Positions 1-11,723 are shown, counted from the first letter of the stretch. The stretch: DNA of 64,000 nucleotides from an uncultured Phycisphaerales bacterium (GCA_963772725.1 CAVYYI010000003.1:384001-448000), one strand, 5' to 3'. Notes: generated from the sequence alone by a model not told the origin. Made by a program: numbers and translations.

Positions 1-3
1 CGA

Positions 4-486
4 GTGAACACAAAATATCAATCTTTCAGAAAGTTTGTAACCATCATTGTAACCCTTACCGGTGCCATATTCGGCACATGGGCTGGGACTTTATACGTAT
101 ACAGAGATAATTTACACTTCTTTTTTATAGGAACTATTTTGGGCATCATTGGCGGTTATGCCGCTGCTAAGATATATCTGCACTTCCTTGAAAAAATATC
201 CATACAATTTAAAAAATTTGTGACCTGGCTTATAACTACTCTTATTGCCGCATTGTGCGGAATACTTTGCACAACATTTATTCACGTAATAATGTTAAGT
301 GCAACTGCTATAATAACAGGGAAACCATTGACGCCGCAGGGGGTTGAATTTGGTTTTCTGCTATTATTTATCCTCATAGCACATCTTATAGGTGCTTGTT
401 TCGGTTTACTTATTGGAGGAATGTGTTCACTGGTTTATTTGAAATCGATAAAAGCTGATAATAATGAAACCATCAATCCTGCTTAA
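4..486 (+). CDS. Hypothetical integral membrane protein (about 4 TM helices)
   Basis: 160-aa ORF (GTG start) with four Gly-rich hydrophobic segments; AT-rich; 3' end overlaps the start of the radical SAM gene. Confidence 0.7.
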   Translation: MNTKYQSFRKFVTIIVTLTGAIFGTWAGTLYVYRDNLHFFFIGTILGIIGGYAAAKIYLHFLEKISIQFKKFVTWLITTLIAALCGILCTTFIHVIMLSATAIITGKPLTPQGVEFGFLLLFILIAHLIGACFGLLIGGMCSLVYLKSIKADNNETINPA

Positions 487-1705
487 ATTGTTCCCACTTT
501 TCACCCGCTGTCTCGGCAAACTGCCCTCCCGGCATCTGCTCTACATAGCAAAACAACTCCTAAATGAAAATCCCCATCAGCATAACGGCAGAATATACAT
601 AAACACCTTCTTCCCCCCTTACCCGTCCAAAGCTTTTGACAGGTTCCTCGACTCAGTAATACAAAAAAAACGCGTTCCCTATTCAACCTATTTCGCCGTC
701 ACCGATAAATGCCCCTTCAAATGTCCCCACTGCAGTTACGGTTTCCACAAAAAAGGCGAAATGCCCACCGACAAGGCCCTCAACGTAATAAAACAAATAA
801 AAGACCTCGGAACCGTAACCATAGGCTTCACCGGCGGCGAACCCTTACTAAGACACGACATCACCGAACTCGTAGCTGCCGCAAGCGATGATTGCGCAAC
901 CATAATCTTCACAACAGGCTATCAACTCACAAAAGAACTCGCCCTCCAACTAAAAGAAAACGCCCTGGGCTGTATGATGATAGGAATCGAATCTGACGAC
1001 CCAACCGAACACGATAAAACAAGAGCAGTCCCCGGCTCATTCACCCAGGCAATTAAAGCGATAGAACTCTCCCTTAATGCCGGCCTCTACACCGCAATAT
1101 CCACCGTAGCAACCCCCAACAAAATCACACAAGGCCACATCCAAAAACTCGCAGAATTAGCAACCAAATACGGCGTCCACGAATTCCGAATACTCGAACC
1201 CATCCCCACCGGAAATCTTTACGGCCATCCCGATGAAATTTTAACCAACGAGCAATCACAGCAATTAACAGATTTCCATAAACGCTGGAACAAAAAAAAT
1301 CAAGGCCCCGCCATCTCCGCCTTTTCATATCTCGAGTCAGACCAAATGTTCGGCTGCGGCGCAGGCTTCCACCACCTTTTTATCGACGCCATCGGCAACG
1401 CCTGTCCCTGCGACCTCACCCCCCTATCCTTCGGCAACCTCCTCGAAGAACCCCTAAAAGACATCTGGCTGCGAATGGGAACTTATTTTCCTCTGCCCCG
1501 ATGCGGCTGCCTTATGAAAGAACTATGCACCACAATTACCCCCGAAAAAAACTGCGAACTGCCCCTGGCCAAACTAAAAAGCCTCGAATTATGTCGCCTT
1601 AGCACACAACGAAAAGCTGCCAAAAATCTACGGCAATTTATTCAAGAACCAAAAACCAGCAAATCCGCCAGCGACCCCGCAGTAATCAAAAAAACCTCCG
1701 CATAA
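464..1705 (+). CDS. Radical SAM protein with SPASM/twitch-type C-terminal domain
   Basis: CPFKCPHC (CxxxCxxC), FTGGEPLL, and C-terminal GCGAG...GNACPC...FGNL. The C-terminus may be frameshifted near 1600: another frame reads HNEKLPKIYGNLF and stops at 1685. Confidence 0.9.
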   Translation: MKPSILLKLFPLFTRCLGKLPSRHLLYIAKQLLNENPHQHNGRIYINTFFPPYPSKAFDRFLDSVIQKKRVPYSTYFAVTDKCPFKCPHCSYGFHKKGEMPTDKALNVIKQIKDLGTVTIGFTGGEPLLRHDITELVAAASDDCATIIFTTGYQLTKELALQLKENALGCMMIGIESDDPTEHDKTRAVPGSFTQAIKAIELSLNAGLYTAISTVATPNKITQGHIQKLAELATKYGVHEFRILEPIPTGNLYGHPDEILTNEQSQQLTDFHKRWNKKNQGPAISAFSYLESDQMFGCGAGFHHLFIDAIGNACPCDLTPLSFGNLLEEPLKDIWLRMGTYFPLPRCGCLMKELCTTITPEKNCELPLAKLKSLELCRLSTQRKAAKNLRQFIQEPKTSKSASDPAVIKKTSA

Positions 1706-2481
1706 ATACAACGTATCGCCCAAGTCGGCTTATGAAACACTGAAATCCCCGCCAGAATAATCGCCCCTGCAGATGCGACCAGATATACCTGCTTACAATA
1801 TCCTAAAACAAAAGGCAGCATTGTAATCAAAGCACCCCCAACAATAAAAATCTTTGCCCCCAAACCAAACCACTTGCTTGCGGTATAATTTTTCAAAATT
1901 TTCCCGTTAACTATTCCATCGCCTTTTATATCACGAATATCCTTGAGCATTTGATAACTCAGAGCCGACAGAAACAGCCAGACAGGATGAATAAATAAAA
2001 CATTAAGACGGGGCGTATCAACCGCCTCCGTCAGCGCAAACGCCAGCGGATACAAAGATGTCGTCAGCAGCGCCGCGAGAATATTTTTGACTATCCCAAG
2101 ACGCTTAGAAAAAACATCATAAAAAATTAATAAGCCCGCCACAACCGCCATAACCCCAGCGAACCGCCAGCCGCAAAATCCGCTCAAAAGCATACCTGCG
2201 GCAAAAAGCACTATGGCAGTAATGACTGAAATTTTACTACTGATTTTTGCACCAGCTAAAGGCCTATTCGGGCAATTTACTTTATCAATTTCCACATCAC
2301 ATAAATCGTTCAGAATATACCCCGCGGAAATAATACTTAAAATTGCAAGCCACGCCGTTATTACTTTGTAAAGGATATGATCAACATTTCCTCCGGTTAA
2401 ATATAAAACTATCACAACAAACCCGCCAGCCAGCGGCACCCCGTAATACAATCTCGTCAGTCGCAGCATTGCCAAAATCAT
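1642..2481 (-). CDS. UbiA-family prenyltransferase (DGGGP synthase-like)
   Basis: Asp-rich motifs NDLCDVEIDKVNCPNRPL and KDIRDIKGD; multiple TM helices. Confidence 0.88.
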   Translation of the reverse strand: MILAMLRLTRLYYGVPLAGGFVVIVLYLTGGNVDHILYKVITAWLAILSIISAGYILNDLCDVEIDKVNCPNRPLAGAKISSKISVITAIVLFAAGMLLSGFCGWRFAGVMAVVAGLLIFYDVFSKRLGIVKNILAALLTTSLYPLAFALTEAVDTPRLNVLFIHPVWLFLSALSYQMLKDIRDIKGDGIVNGKILKNYTASKWFGLGAKIFIVGGALITMLPFVLGYCKQVYLVASAGAIILAGISVFHKPTWAIRCIYAEVFLITAGSLADLLVFGS

Positions 2482-3350
2482 TTCGTCGCTATCCCCGCCA
2501 GATACCTGTGCGTTATCTTAATTCCGTTTTGCCCCATATATTTCTGTTCAATTATTTCCGCGAATCTCTCAAAAATTTGCTCTTTATCCTCCGCGCAGGC
2601 CGCATACTCAAACCCCGCCGCCGCCCCCGTGCTTATAAGCCTGTCTATCGCAGCTTTGCCAGATTCCACATTATAACTTTTGCTCCCATCCGAAAGATAA
2701 GCCGTTTTCATCCCAAGCACCCGAAAGTAAAATCCCAGATGCCCGCTCAACATAAGAAATCGAAATCGCATCAAATTCGTAAGCTTCTCAGGCTGCTCCA
2801 TAAAAGTAAGAAACGAACAGTAAAGCACCTCTCTCAAAGAAAAAATACTATTATCAACTATCCCCACCCTGCCGCCTTTTTTCAAAACCCGCTTTATCTG
2901 TTTCAACACCGAAAAAGGCTTCGAATATCCAAGCCCCCAGCAGCACGTAACCAAATCCAGACTCTCATCAGGCAGCCCCGCCAAAAACTCCACTATGTCA
3001 CGATTGATAAATTCACAGCGGTCCCCATAATTTTTCTCTGCCTGCTCAAGCATCCCCTTAGAAGCATCAACCCCGATTACCTTCCCTGATATTTTCCCAG
3101 CTATCAACCCAGTCGCAAACCCCGTCCCGCAAGCCAGGTCAGCCGCCTTATCCCCTTTCTGAAGATTGAGCCGACCGATTAAAGATTCCGTAATGTCCCT
3201 CATATGATTAGTCCAAGCGATATCGTAGGATGCGCTGATATTATTATAGCTTTGGTTAACAAGCTCACCGCATTTGCCGTGCCTGGTAAAAAACAAATAC
3301 ATCAAACGATAAAGCATTCGGAATGGATATTTTTTATATTGCTTAGCCAT
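2478..3350 (-). CDS. Class I SAM-dependent methyltransferase
   Basis: ADLACGTG motif I and GVDASKGML; its stop codon overlaps the UbiA start. Confidence 0.9.
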   Translation of the reverse strand: MAKQYKKYPFRMLYRLMYLFFTRHGKCGELVNQSYNNISASYDIAWTNHMRDITESLIGRLNLQKGDKAADLACGTGFATGLIAGKISGKVIGVDASKGMLEQAEKNYGDRCEFINRDIVEFLAGLPDESLDLVTCCWGLGYSKPFSVLKQIKRVLKKGGRVGIVDNSIFSLREVLYCSFLTFMEQPEKLTNLMRFRFLMLSGHLGFYFRVLGMKTAYLSDGSKSYNVESGKAAIDRLISTGAAAGFEYAACAEDKEQIFERFAEIIEQKYMGQNGIKITHRYLAGIATK

Positions 3351-3402
3351 ATCTCAATACTACATTATTTATATCATTTTCCAAGTGTAAACCAGGAGGA
3401 CT

Positions 3403-3433
3403 AAAAAAACCACGAGTATTAAAACTCGTGGTT
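3403..3433 (-). terminator. Intrinsic terminator downstream of ftsK
   Basis: 10-bp stem AACCACGAGT/ACTCGTGGTT followed by a T run on the minus strand. Confidence 0.75.
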
Positions 3434-3468
3434 AAACCAAATTCCTGAGACAAACAGTGACAAGAAGA

Positions 3469-5954
3469 TTATGAGGTTTCATCCTCATTGGTATCAGTAG
3501 CGAGGTAGCTCTTCTGTCCTTCGCTGACGTGAATCGGCTCAGCCGACTCCTCATCATTATTCTCAATATTATCTTCAGCCATATCCTTATAACCCGCCGC
3601 CGCATCCGCCAGCATCTGACTGCGAATGCGTTCATATTCTTCGAGTGTCATAAGAACCTCGCGTGCCTGGCTGCCCTTGTATTCACCCAAAATACCCGCC
3701 GAGGCCATCATCTCAATTATTCGTGATGCGCGGGCGTACCCGATACCGAGTCTTCGCTGCAGCAGCGAGACACTGCCGCGTTTGGTCTCGAGAACAATCC
3801 GAACGGAATCATCGAACAAATCATCCCTCGACATTTCAGCGGTGTCAACCCTGTTAAGCTGCGTAAGCTCAGGATGGAATTGCGGCTCCGCCACATCCTT
3901 CAGGTGACTGACGATTTTACGAACCTCGCCATCATCAATAAATGTCCCTTGAGCACGAATAAGGTCACTCGTACCCGGCTTAAGAAACAGCATATCTCCC
4001 TGCCCAAGCAGCGCCTCCGCACCATTCTGGTCGAGTATAATTCTGCTGTCCATCTTAGCCGCAACCCTGAATCCGATTCTCGTCGGCATATTCGACTTAA
4101 TAAGACCAGTAACAACCGTCGCCTGCGGCCTCTGCGTCGCCAGCACAATATGAATACCAACCGCACGGCTCTTTTGAGCCAGCCGCACAATATATGCTTC
4201 TATCTCTTTCGAGGCGGTCATCATTAAATCGGCAAGCTCATCAATTACTATTACGATAAAGGGGAGCTTCTTTGGAATCTGTGCCTCTTCGTCGGGTGTA
4301 CTCGGATTAAATCTCGCGATAATTTCTTCAGCGCTGAGCCTGTTGAATTCGGAGATATTTTTCACCTTTGCCTCAGCTAAAAAGGCGTAGCGCTCATCCA
4401 TTTTAACCGTTGCCCATTCGAGGATCTGAACAGCCCGCTGGGTCTCGGTAACTATCGGCGTCATCAAATGCGGCACAGTATTGAAAGCCGTCATTTCGAC
4501 CATTTTGGGGTCAATAAGAATCATTTTTACTTCATCAGGACGTTTTGTCAGAAGGATACTTACTATGATACTGTTAATACACACGCTTTTACCCGAACCT
4601 GTGGTGCCGGCGATTAGCAGATGGGGCATCGCCGTCAAATCGGAGACGAGAGCCTCACCGGAGGAATCCTTGCCGAGAAACAGCGGTATCGACATTTGGT
4701 GCGCCTTATCGCCGACTAATTGTACAAGGTCTTTGACCCGAACTTTTTCTTTCTCGCTGTTAGGAACTTCAATGCCTATTGTGTGCTTGCCAGGCAGCGG
4801 CGCAACCACACGAACCGCACCAGCGCCGAGCGCACGGGCCATATCATTGGAAAGAGAACTAATCTGGCTTACCTTTACTCCCGCACCGAGTTCAAGCTCA
4901 AACATTGTTACCACCGGGCCGGTATCAGCCGCGACAACCCGCGCATTTACGTTGAATTCACTTAACAGTGTTTCAAGTACGCCAGCCTTTGTCTTAATGA
5001 CTTTTTCCTGAATCGCAGAATAGCTGAACTCAGGCTCTGCCAGCAATTCAAGAGGCGGAAGCGTATAATCCTCATAGCTTTTCTGCACATAGGTTTTGTT
5101 TGGTTCGGACGCTTTGGGCGGTTTTGGTTTTGCCGGTTTTGGCTCGGCGGGTTTATCTGAATCGGCCTCAACCGCAGGTTCAGCAACAGCCATCGCAGGC
5201 CGCTCAATTTTATTTTCAATATGAAAGTCACGTTCAATGCCAAGAGTTTCAGTCGCTGGGACAGGAGAGTTTTGTTTTGCGCTGAGTTTTCGCCATATTT
5301 CGCCAAGCGCCTCTGAATGTTCCCTTGCGGCAGAAAATGCCGGCACCGCGATGTCCGCTGTCTTTCTGAATACCGAGCTTAGCCATCTGAGCACCGCTAA
5401 AACAAAATCATCGGCCAGTAATAACAGCCAACTATCCACGTTGCCGTAATCAATATGAAAGTGCCGAGCATCGCAAAGTATGTACGTAGAAAATACACAG
5501 TACCAACGCCGAGAATTCCTCCCGACCCCATTGGGAAGCTATACAAGCGGTAAGGCCAAAAAAAGTAAAAACTGCTCGACACCGCCACCGTCAGCAACCC
5601 AAGACCGATTCCACGAAATACTGGCTGGGTTATCTTGAAATTCGCGACCCTGGCAACAAGAAACGCTATGCACGAAATCAGCAACACGAAAATTCCGGGG
5701 CCAATATAATATACCGTATAGAATGCCAGAAAAGCACCTATAGGGCCACACCAGTTCGCCGTTGGGCTATTATGAGGCCATGCGTAGGGGCTCGGCCAGT
5801 CCCGAATATCAAAACTCAAACAACTGCAAATGAGCATTAACATTGCCGCTATTGCGAGACATTCTACCGCGAGAGCATAAGATTTTTTCTTTTTCACGCC
5901 GGTCCTCTTTTTAAGTCCTATAAAAAGTATCTTAACACCAGTAAACATCCACAT
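3469..5954 (-). CDS. ftsK: DNA translocase FtsK/SpoIIIE (split by a frameshift near 5430; ORFs 5397-5954 and 3469-5439); exact start uncertain
   Basis: N-terminal 4TM domain (ANWCGPIGA); PHLLIAGTTGSGKS Walker A, IDELADLM, ATQRP; gamma domain SVSLLQRRLGIGYARASRII. Confidence 0.95.
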
Positions 5955-6136
5955 TTACAATATCTATTATATCGGCACAGAGGCCCCTTTTTCTGCAAGA
6001 TTAACGCCATTAAAACACCCCTATATTGCTTAAAATTTACAAGTTATATCAATGCTGGTAATATTCTAAAAAAATGGTATTATTGGGAATTGCAAAGTTT
6101 ATCTCATTCGCTATTAAACTTTTTTTACGGCGGAAA

Positions 6137-6625
6137 ATGTTGAAGAATAAAATATTAGATAGTATCCTGAAATTTTCAAAAACCCTTTACAAAAAGCTGG
6201 TTAAAATTAACGATACTCCGCATAAGATAGCACTGGGTTTCGGATTGGGCGCGTTTCTCGGTTTTATGCCGGGCGTCGGACCGATTGCTGCGCTGCTGCT
6301 GGCTTTTCTGCTGAAATTTAATCGCGCAGCGGCGTTATTGGGCTGTGTGCTTACCAATACCTGGCTGAGTTTAGTAATTTTTCTAATATCCGTAAAAATA
6401 GGTGCCGCTGTTACAGGCCTCGATTGGCATTTGGTCAAAGATGAATGGAGCAATCTTTGGCAAAATTTCCACTGGCAGGGAATATCTCAATTATCTTCGT
6501 TTGAAATTATAGGTCCCGTTATGATTGGATACTTATCAATTTCAATTGTGGCCGGGATATTGGCATATTTTGTTGCCTTCGCGGTTGCTCGTATGAGAAA
6601 ACATAGGAAAGAAGTTTCACATTGA
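6137..6625 (+). CDS. DUF2062-family membrane protein
   Basis: DTPHKIALGFGLGAFLGFMP...TNTW pattern; start placed at MLKNK. Confidence 0.8.
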   Translation: MLKNKILDSILKFSKTLYKKLVKINDTPHKIALGFGLGAFLGFMPGVGPIAALLLAFLLKFNRAAALLGCVLTNTWLSLVIFLISVKIGAAVTGLDWHLVKDEWSNLWQNFHWQGISQLSSFEIIGPVMIGYLSISIVAGILAYFVAFAVARMRKHRKEVSH

Positions 6626-6647
6626 CCATAGGTCCGTTTGAGTAAAC

Positions 6648-7562
6648 TCACCACTTCTTTCGCCACCATGACAAACCAACCAGCACCGCCGATAAGGCCG
6701 CTACACTCGTAATAATCCAAAAGGCATGAGGATATCCAGCCAGTGGTATTCTTACATTCATTGAAAATATACTTACAACCATTGTCGGCAGCATAATCCC
6801 TATGGTTATTATCGTTAGCGTTTTGATTCGTATATTGAGATTGTTACTGACAATAGAGGCTCGTGCATCCATCAAACCCGCAAGCACCTGGGAATAGATT
6901 TCTATCTGGCCGTGACACTGATTGTTCTCAATCAGAATATCATCAAGGTATTCCAGATTCTCCTGTGTGAAGCTCATCTTGGCGGCGCTATTCTTCAGTT
7001 TTTCTATAAGCACACCGTTTGAGTTAACCGCGTTAAGATAATATACCAAGCTTTTTTCAAGCGTGAAAAGATGCAGCAGATGTTTGTTTTCCATCGACCG
7101 GTTTATCTGCTGTTCAAGTTCGTTCGATATCATATTTATCCCTCTAAGATGCTCTACAAAATGCAATATCGCGCGGTAAATAAGCTTGAGGAACACATCC
7201 TGGATAGACTGTATTTTCGTAAAGGGTTTGCCCTCAAAAAGAGGCGCCTCCTCAGCTATAACAACTATGAGTTTATCCTTAAAGATAAAAACACCGGTAG
7301 AAACAACGGTAAAAAGAAACTCATCTTCAGCATGATAGTGCTTTGGTCTTTTGAATATCATTGCTATGTGTTCAGGCTCAAATTCAAGACGGCTTAGCTC
7401 ATCAGGGTCAAAGGAAGAACTCAGAGTGTGTTCGTCAATTTTGAGGTCATCGACGAGATGTCTGCGTTCAGCTTCGTCCGGGCCGATATAAACAAAAACA
7501 TCAGCTTTATCTTCACTGGTTTCGACAAGCCTGCCATTATTTATACACAGTTTTCTAAGCAT
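6648..7562 (-). CDS. corA: CorA-family Mg2+/Co2+ transporter
   Basis: Soluble N-domain, two C-terminal TM helices, FSMNV variant of the GMN loop. Confidence 0.9.
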   Translation of the reverse strand: MLRKLCINNGRLVETSEDKADVFVYIGPDEAERRHLVDDLKIDEHTLSSSFDPDELSRLEFEPEHIAMIFKRPKHYHAEDEFLFTVVSTGVFIFKDKLIVVIAEEAPLFEGKPFTKIQSIQDVFLKLIYRAILHFVEHLRGINMISNELEQQINRSMENKHLLHLFTLEKSLVYYLNAVNSNGVLIEKLKNSAAKMSFTQENLEYLDDILIENNQCHGQIEIYSQVLAGLMDARASIVSNNLNIRIKTLTIITIGIMLPTMVVSIFSMNVRIPLAGYPHAFWIITSVAALSAVLVGLSWWRKKW

Positions 7563-7656
7563 TGCTTATACGTCCTGCAATATGCGATAATATTTTATCG
7601 TTCTTAACTGACACAAACCCATCAGTTTAACAAAAATTGCCCCGAAAAGCAAGTAT

Positions 7657-8667
7657 TCAAAAAATCTTGTCAGCTATAATTCTAGCACACAAAAAAATGT
7701 CGGCGGCTAAACCAACACTTAAAATCGTCCAGCGAAACCAGTGAACCCGCAAATTCGCATGCGCTGTCAGAAATATAATCCCGACTATTATTGTTCCCAG
7801 TAAATACATTTTTGTCGCCAGTAAAAACAATGATGCGTACTTCGCCCCCAGACCAGCGAAAATGCTGTCGCAATAGACAAAAAACACCAGTGACAAAACC
7901 GTAAGCCCCGCCATAATCACTCCGATTACCAATATCCATTTCCTGTCAGCAAAACCCGCCCATGCCAGCCCCTGCATACCCAAACCAATAAGTATCGAGC
8001 AGCACAATACTGGAATCGTCAGCCATATCGCCGGACTGGTATTGAGAAACGATGGACAAAAAGCCAATAACGCACCCGCCGCAAAGATAGCTATTATCCC
8101 GAAACGCTTAGCCTTGAAAAGTACGGAAAAACCCATAATAAGTGCCGCCGCCGGTATATGACAAAAACCGACGAGACTAAGTTTTCGTTCCACCATTACC
8201 AGCGGAGCCGCCAGCCCCGCCAAATCGCTCAAACCAAGTCTCTGGGTCGGCATTAAAAATAGCTTATAATGACTGAAAAACTCGAAAAAAAATACTATGG
8301 CCAGAAACGGAAGCGGCACCGTCAGAAAACTTAGCCACCTGAATCGCCCCGTAAATCCGAACGCCGCAGGTAAAAAGAGCCACGGTATCGCCGCTGCCAG
8401 CAATCCCACCGCCGGATGACATTTACCAAGCACAAGCATAAAAGACCCGAATCCGTACATCAGCCCCGAAAAAAAAGATGCGACAAAAGAAGATACCCAT
8501 CGCCGACTAAGCACACAACACCCAAACGAAGCCAGCCAGAGGTTTACTAAAACAAAATATTTTCCCGGTGAGCTATTGAATTCGGTAAAATGAGGCGAAA
8601 ACAAATAGACGGCAAAAACAGCGTATATAACTCCTGCTGTCGCAAACTTGCTTAGCGTTTTATCCAT
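7657..8667 (-). CDS. Hypothetical polytopic membrane protein
   Basis: 336 aa, about 10 hydrophobic segments; directly downstream of purM. Confidence 0.75.
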   Translation of the reverse strand: MDKTLSKFATAGVIYAVFAVYLFSPHFTEFNSSPGKYFVLVNLWLASFGCCVLSRRWVSSFVASFFSGLMYGFGSFMLVLGKCHPAVGLLAAAIPWLFLPAAFGFTGRFRWLSFLTVPLPFLAIVFFFEFFSHYKLFLMPTQRLGLSDLAGLAAPLVMVERKLSLVGFCHIPAAALIMGFSVLFKAKRFGIIAIFAAGALLAFCPSFLNTSPAIWLTIPVLCCSILIGLGMQGLAWAGFADRKWILVIGVIMAGLTVLSLVFFVYCDSIFAGLGAKYASLFLLATKMYLLGTIIVGIIFLTAHANLRVHWFRWTILSVGLAADIFLCARIIADKIF

Positions 8668-8674
8668 TTAATTT

Positions 8675-9742
8675 TTATTTAAGGATAACTTTCTGCGTAC
8701 CGGCGGCGACCCTGCCGATTTTATAAACCTGTTCTCCGCTTTTCGAGAGACTTTCCGCGATAGAATCGGCGAAATCCTCCGCTACTATCAGTACATAACC
8801 TATTCCCATATTGAATACGTTGTACATCTCGTCTTCGTCAACGGGCCCGAGATTTTGCAAAAAATCGAATATCTTAGGTTTGGGCCAGCTGGATTTCTTT
8901 AACACCGCGTCGCAATCCAGCGGCAGAACGCGAGGAATATTTCCTATAAGCCCGCTGCCGGTAATATGCGCCATACCGTGAATAATCTGTTTGACCTTAT
9001 AATGCGAGAGCAGTTTAATAATCGGCCTGACATAAATCCGCGTAGGCTCAAGCAATACATCGCCAAGAGTTTTCCCGTCGAGTCCCTCAGGAGTATCTGT
9101 TACTTTCAGCCCCGCGTTTTTAAAGCAGATTTTACGGGCAAGAGCATAGCCGTTACTGTGCAGGCCGCTTGATGACAGGCCGAGTATGACATCCCCTTTG
9201 CGGACAGTTTTTCCAGTTATTATTTTTTTCCGCTCAACGACTCCGACTGCAAAACCGGCCATATCGAAATCGTCTTCCTTATAAGTGTCGGGCATTTCGG
9301 CGGTTTCGCCGCCTATCAGTGCACAGTCTGAGATCCGGCAGCCCTGCGCGACACCCTTTACCATTTCCGCGATAAGTTTAGGCTCAAGTTTATGAACGCC
9401 GAGATAATCCAGAAAGAACAAAGGCTCTGCCCCCTGAACCAGCATATCATTGACGCTCATCGCCACAAGGTCTATGCCGACAGTGTCATAACGTTTCATC
9501 ATGGAAGCAATCTGAACTTTGCTTCCTACGCCATCGGTACAGGCTACGAGTACGGGGTTTTTGTAATTTTTCTTGAAGAGTTTTTCATCGTAGTCGAGAC
9601 GAAACAGGCCGGCAAAACCTCCTTTGAGGTCCATCACTCGCGGCCCGAAAGTGCTGGCCACCGAAGAATAAATTTCTTCAACCATTATGTCGTTAGCGTC
9701 GATATCAACGCCCGATTCTTTGTAGCTTATAGATTTACCCAT
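8675..9742 (-). CDS. purM: Phosphoribosylformylglycinamidine cyclo-ligase
   Basis: SYKESGVDI, TDGVGSK, GGETAEMP, SSGLHSNG, HITG, FNMGIG. Confidence 0.97.
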   Translation of the reverse strand: MGKSISYKESGVDIDANDIMVEEIYSSVASTFGPRVMDLKGGFAGLFRLDYDEKLFKKNYKNPVLVACTDGVGSKVQIASMMKRYDTVGIDLVAMSVNDMLVQGAEPLFFLDYLGVHKLEPKLIAEMVKGVAQGCRISDCALIGGETAEMPDTYKEDDFDMAGFAVGVVERKKIITGKTVRKGDVILGLSSSGLHSNGYALARKICFKNAGLKVTDTPEGLDGKTLGDVLLEPTRIYVRPIIKLLSHYKVKQIIHGMAHITGSGLIGNIPRVLPLDCDAVLKKSSWPKPKIFDFLQNLGPVDEDEMYNVFNMGIGYVLIVAEDFADSIAESLSKSGEQVYKIGRVAAGTQKVILK

Positions 9743-11184
9743 CAATCTGGTCCAAGTCCTCAAACATATTCATTTGATGATGCTCCAACGCAAATTTATT
9801 AACGGTGATATCCACCGGTATCCTGTATTTTCCGCTCCAGCAGGCTGTGCAATAGTGGTCCGGCGGCAGCACCGCGCAGGACAGCAGTCCTTCGAGCGAC
9901 ATATAACCCACGCTGTCAACCCCAAGGAAATCCCCTATTTGTTCCATTGTCCGGTTGTTAGCCAGCAGTTCCTCCCTCGTCGGGAAATCCACACCGTAAA
10001 AACACGGATGGCGTATAGGGGGACAACTGGCCCTCAAGATGAATCTCCTTTACCCCGGCCTCACGCAAAGCCCTCATTTTGCCCCTGGTTGTAGTCCCAC
10101 GAACGATTGAATCGTCCACTACGACTACCCTTTTGCCTTTAACCGCCTCTTTTACCACGGCCAATTTAATTTTCACAGCCATTTCCCGCAGTTTCTGGGA
10201 CGGCGCGATAAACGTTCTGCCTACGTAGTGACTTCTAACCATGCCCATATCAAATGGCAGGCCGCTCTGCTCGGAAAAACCTATCGCTGCCGACGTTCCA
10301 GAATCCGGCACCGGGATTACAACATCGGCATCAGCGGGATGTTCGATTGCCAGTCTTCTGCCGAGTTTTTTCCTGAATTCATGGACGTTTTCGCCGAAAA
10401 AGAAACTGTTCTGCTTGGCGAAATAGACATGTTCGAATACACAGTGGGCCGGTTTTATGGTACCTGGCGTAACAAAAAATCTGCTGCTCAGCCCGTTCCT
10501 GTCCAGAGTTACTATTTCGCCGGGTTCGACCTCGCGGATAAATCTCGCGCCTGTTGCGTCGAGTGCGCAGGTTTCACTGGCTACGACATACGCGCCATTT
10601 TTTGTTTCTCCGACACATAACGGATGAACGCCATAAGGGTCACGGGCAGCTTCAATGCGGTCAGAAAACAAAAACAGCAGACAATAAGCACCCTGAAGAT
10701 GATTTAATACATGACCGAGGGGGTCTGGTTTGCTGACATGACTTGGTTTGGCAAGTAGATGCAGGATTACTTCGGTATCGGTGGTTGATTTAAAAATGCT
10801 CCCATACGCCTCGTATTCGTCCCGCAGCAGGGCGGCATTTATGAGATTCCCGTTATGCGCAACAGCTACCTGACCTCGCGAATACTCACTTAGAAAAGGC
10901 TGACTGTTAATGGCTTTTGTTGCCCCTGTGGTCGAGTATCGCACATGCCCGATTGCCATCGGACTGGTTAATTTCTCGAGAATATTTGTGCCGGCGCGGA
11001 AGACCCTTTGTACGGTTCCCATTCCTGTATAGCACTGGATGTCCTGGCCATTACTGCTGGCGATTCCTGCCGATTCCTGGCCTCGATGCTGAAGGCTGAA
11101 CAGACCATAATAGGTCTTCTGGACAGCATCATGGTCACCGAATATACCAAAAAGACCACATTCTTCTTTTTTATCGTAACCCAT
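9735..11184 (-). CDS. purF: Amidophosphoribosyltransferase (frameshift near 10037)
   Basis: EECGLFG N-terminal Cys, QHRGQE, VVVVDDSIVRGTT; the second frame continues RASCPPIRHPCFYGVDF. Confidence 0.96.
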
Positions 11185-11289
11185 AAGGGTAAAACCTCAA
11201 AAAATAGCTGATTAAAAAACAACGGCGGAGAACGCTGTTAATAGTAACCATACCGAGTTATTAAATCAAGCTAAATCGGCCAATTGTTT

Positions 11290-11706
11290 TTACGTTGAAA
11301 GGTATAAAAATTCAGGCACCCGCTGTACCCTGCCATTTGCGTCAACGCACGCCAGCGTCGATGAACCCTCTGTCAGCAGCAAACCGTCATCACAACGGTT
11401 AATCCTGTAACTATGTTCGACCCGGCTGGCGGTAACTCGCGTGCAACTTGTAACAAGCTCCAGCTTTTCATCATAACGGGCGGCAACGCGATATTTTAAG
11501 TGCATTTCGGCCACTACAAAAAATACACCCGCTTTCTCCATATCTTTATAATTTACGCCATTAACCCTTAAAAGTTCTGTCCGTCCCATCTCGAACCATA
11601 TCGGGTAAACACTATGATGAACTACCCCCCCTTGGTCCGTCTCAACGTAACGCGGCACTATCGTTATCGTATGACTTTGAACCGTCGCTCGCTCAGGAAA
11701 CGCCAT
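11290..11706 (-). CDS. Acyl-CoA thioesterase (YbgC/FadM hotdog family)
   Basis: PRYVETDQGGVVHHSVYPIWFEMGRTE motif. Confidence 0.88.
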   Translation of the reverse strand: MAFPERATVQSHTITIVPRYVETDQGGVVHHSVYPIWFEMGRTELLRVNGVNYKDMEKAGVFFVVAEMHLKYRVAARYDEKLELVTSCTRVTASRVEHSYRINRCDDGLLLTEGSSTLACVDANGRVQRVPEFLYLST

Positions 11707-11723
11707 CTTTATTTATCCTCAAT

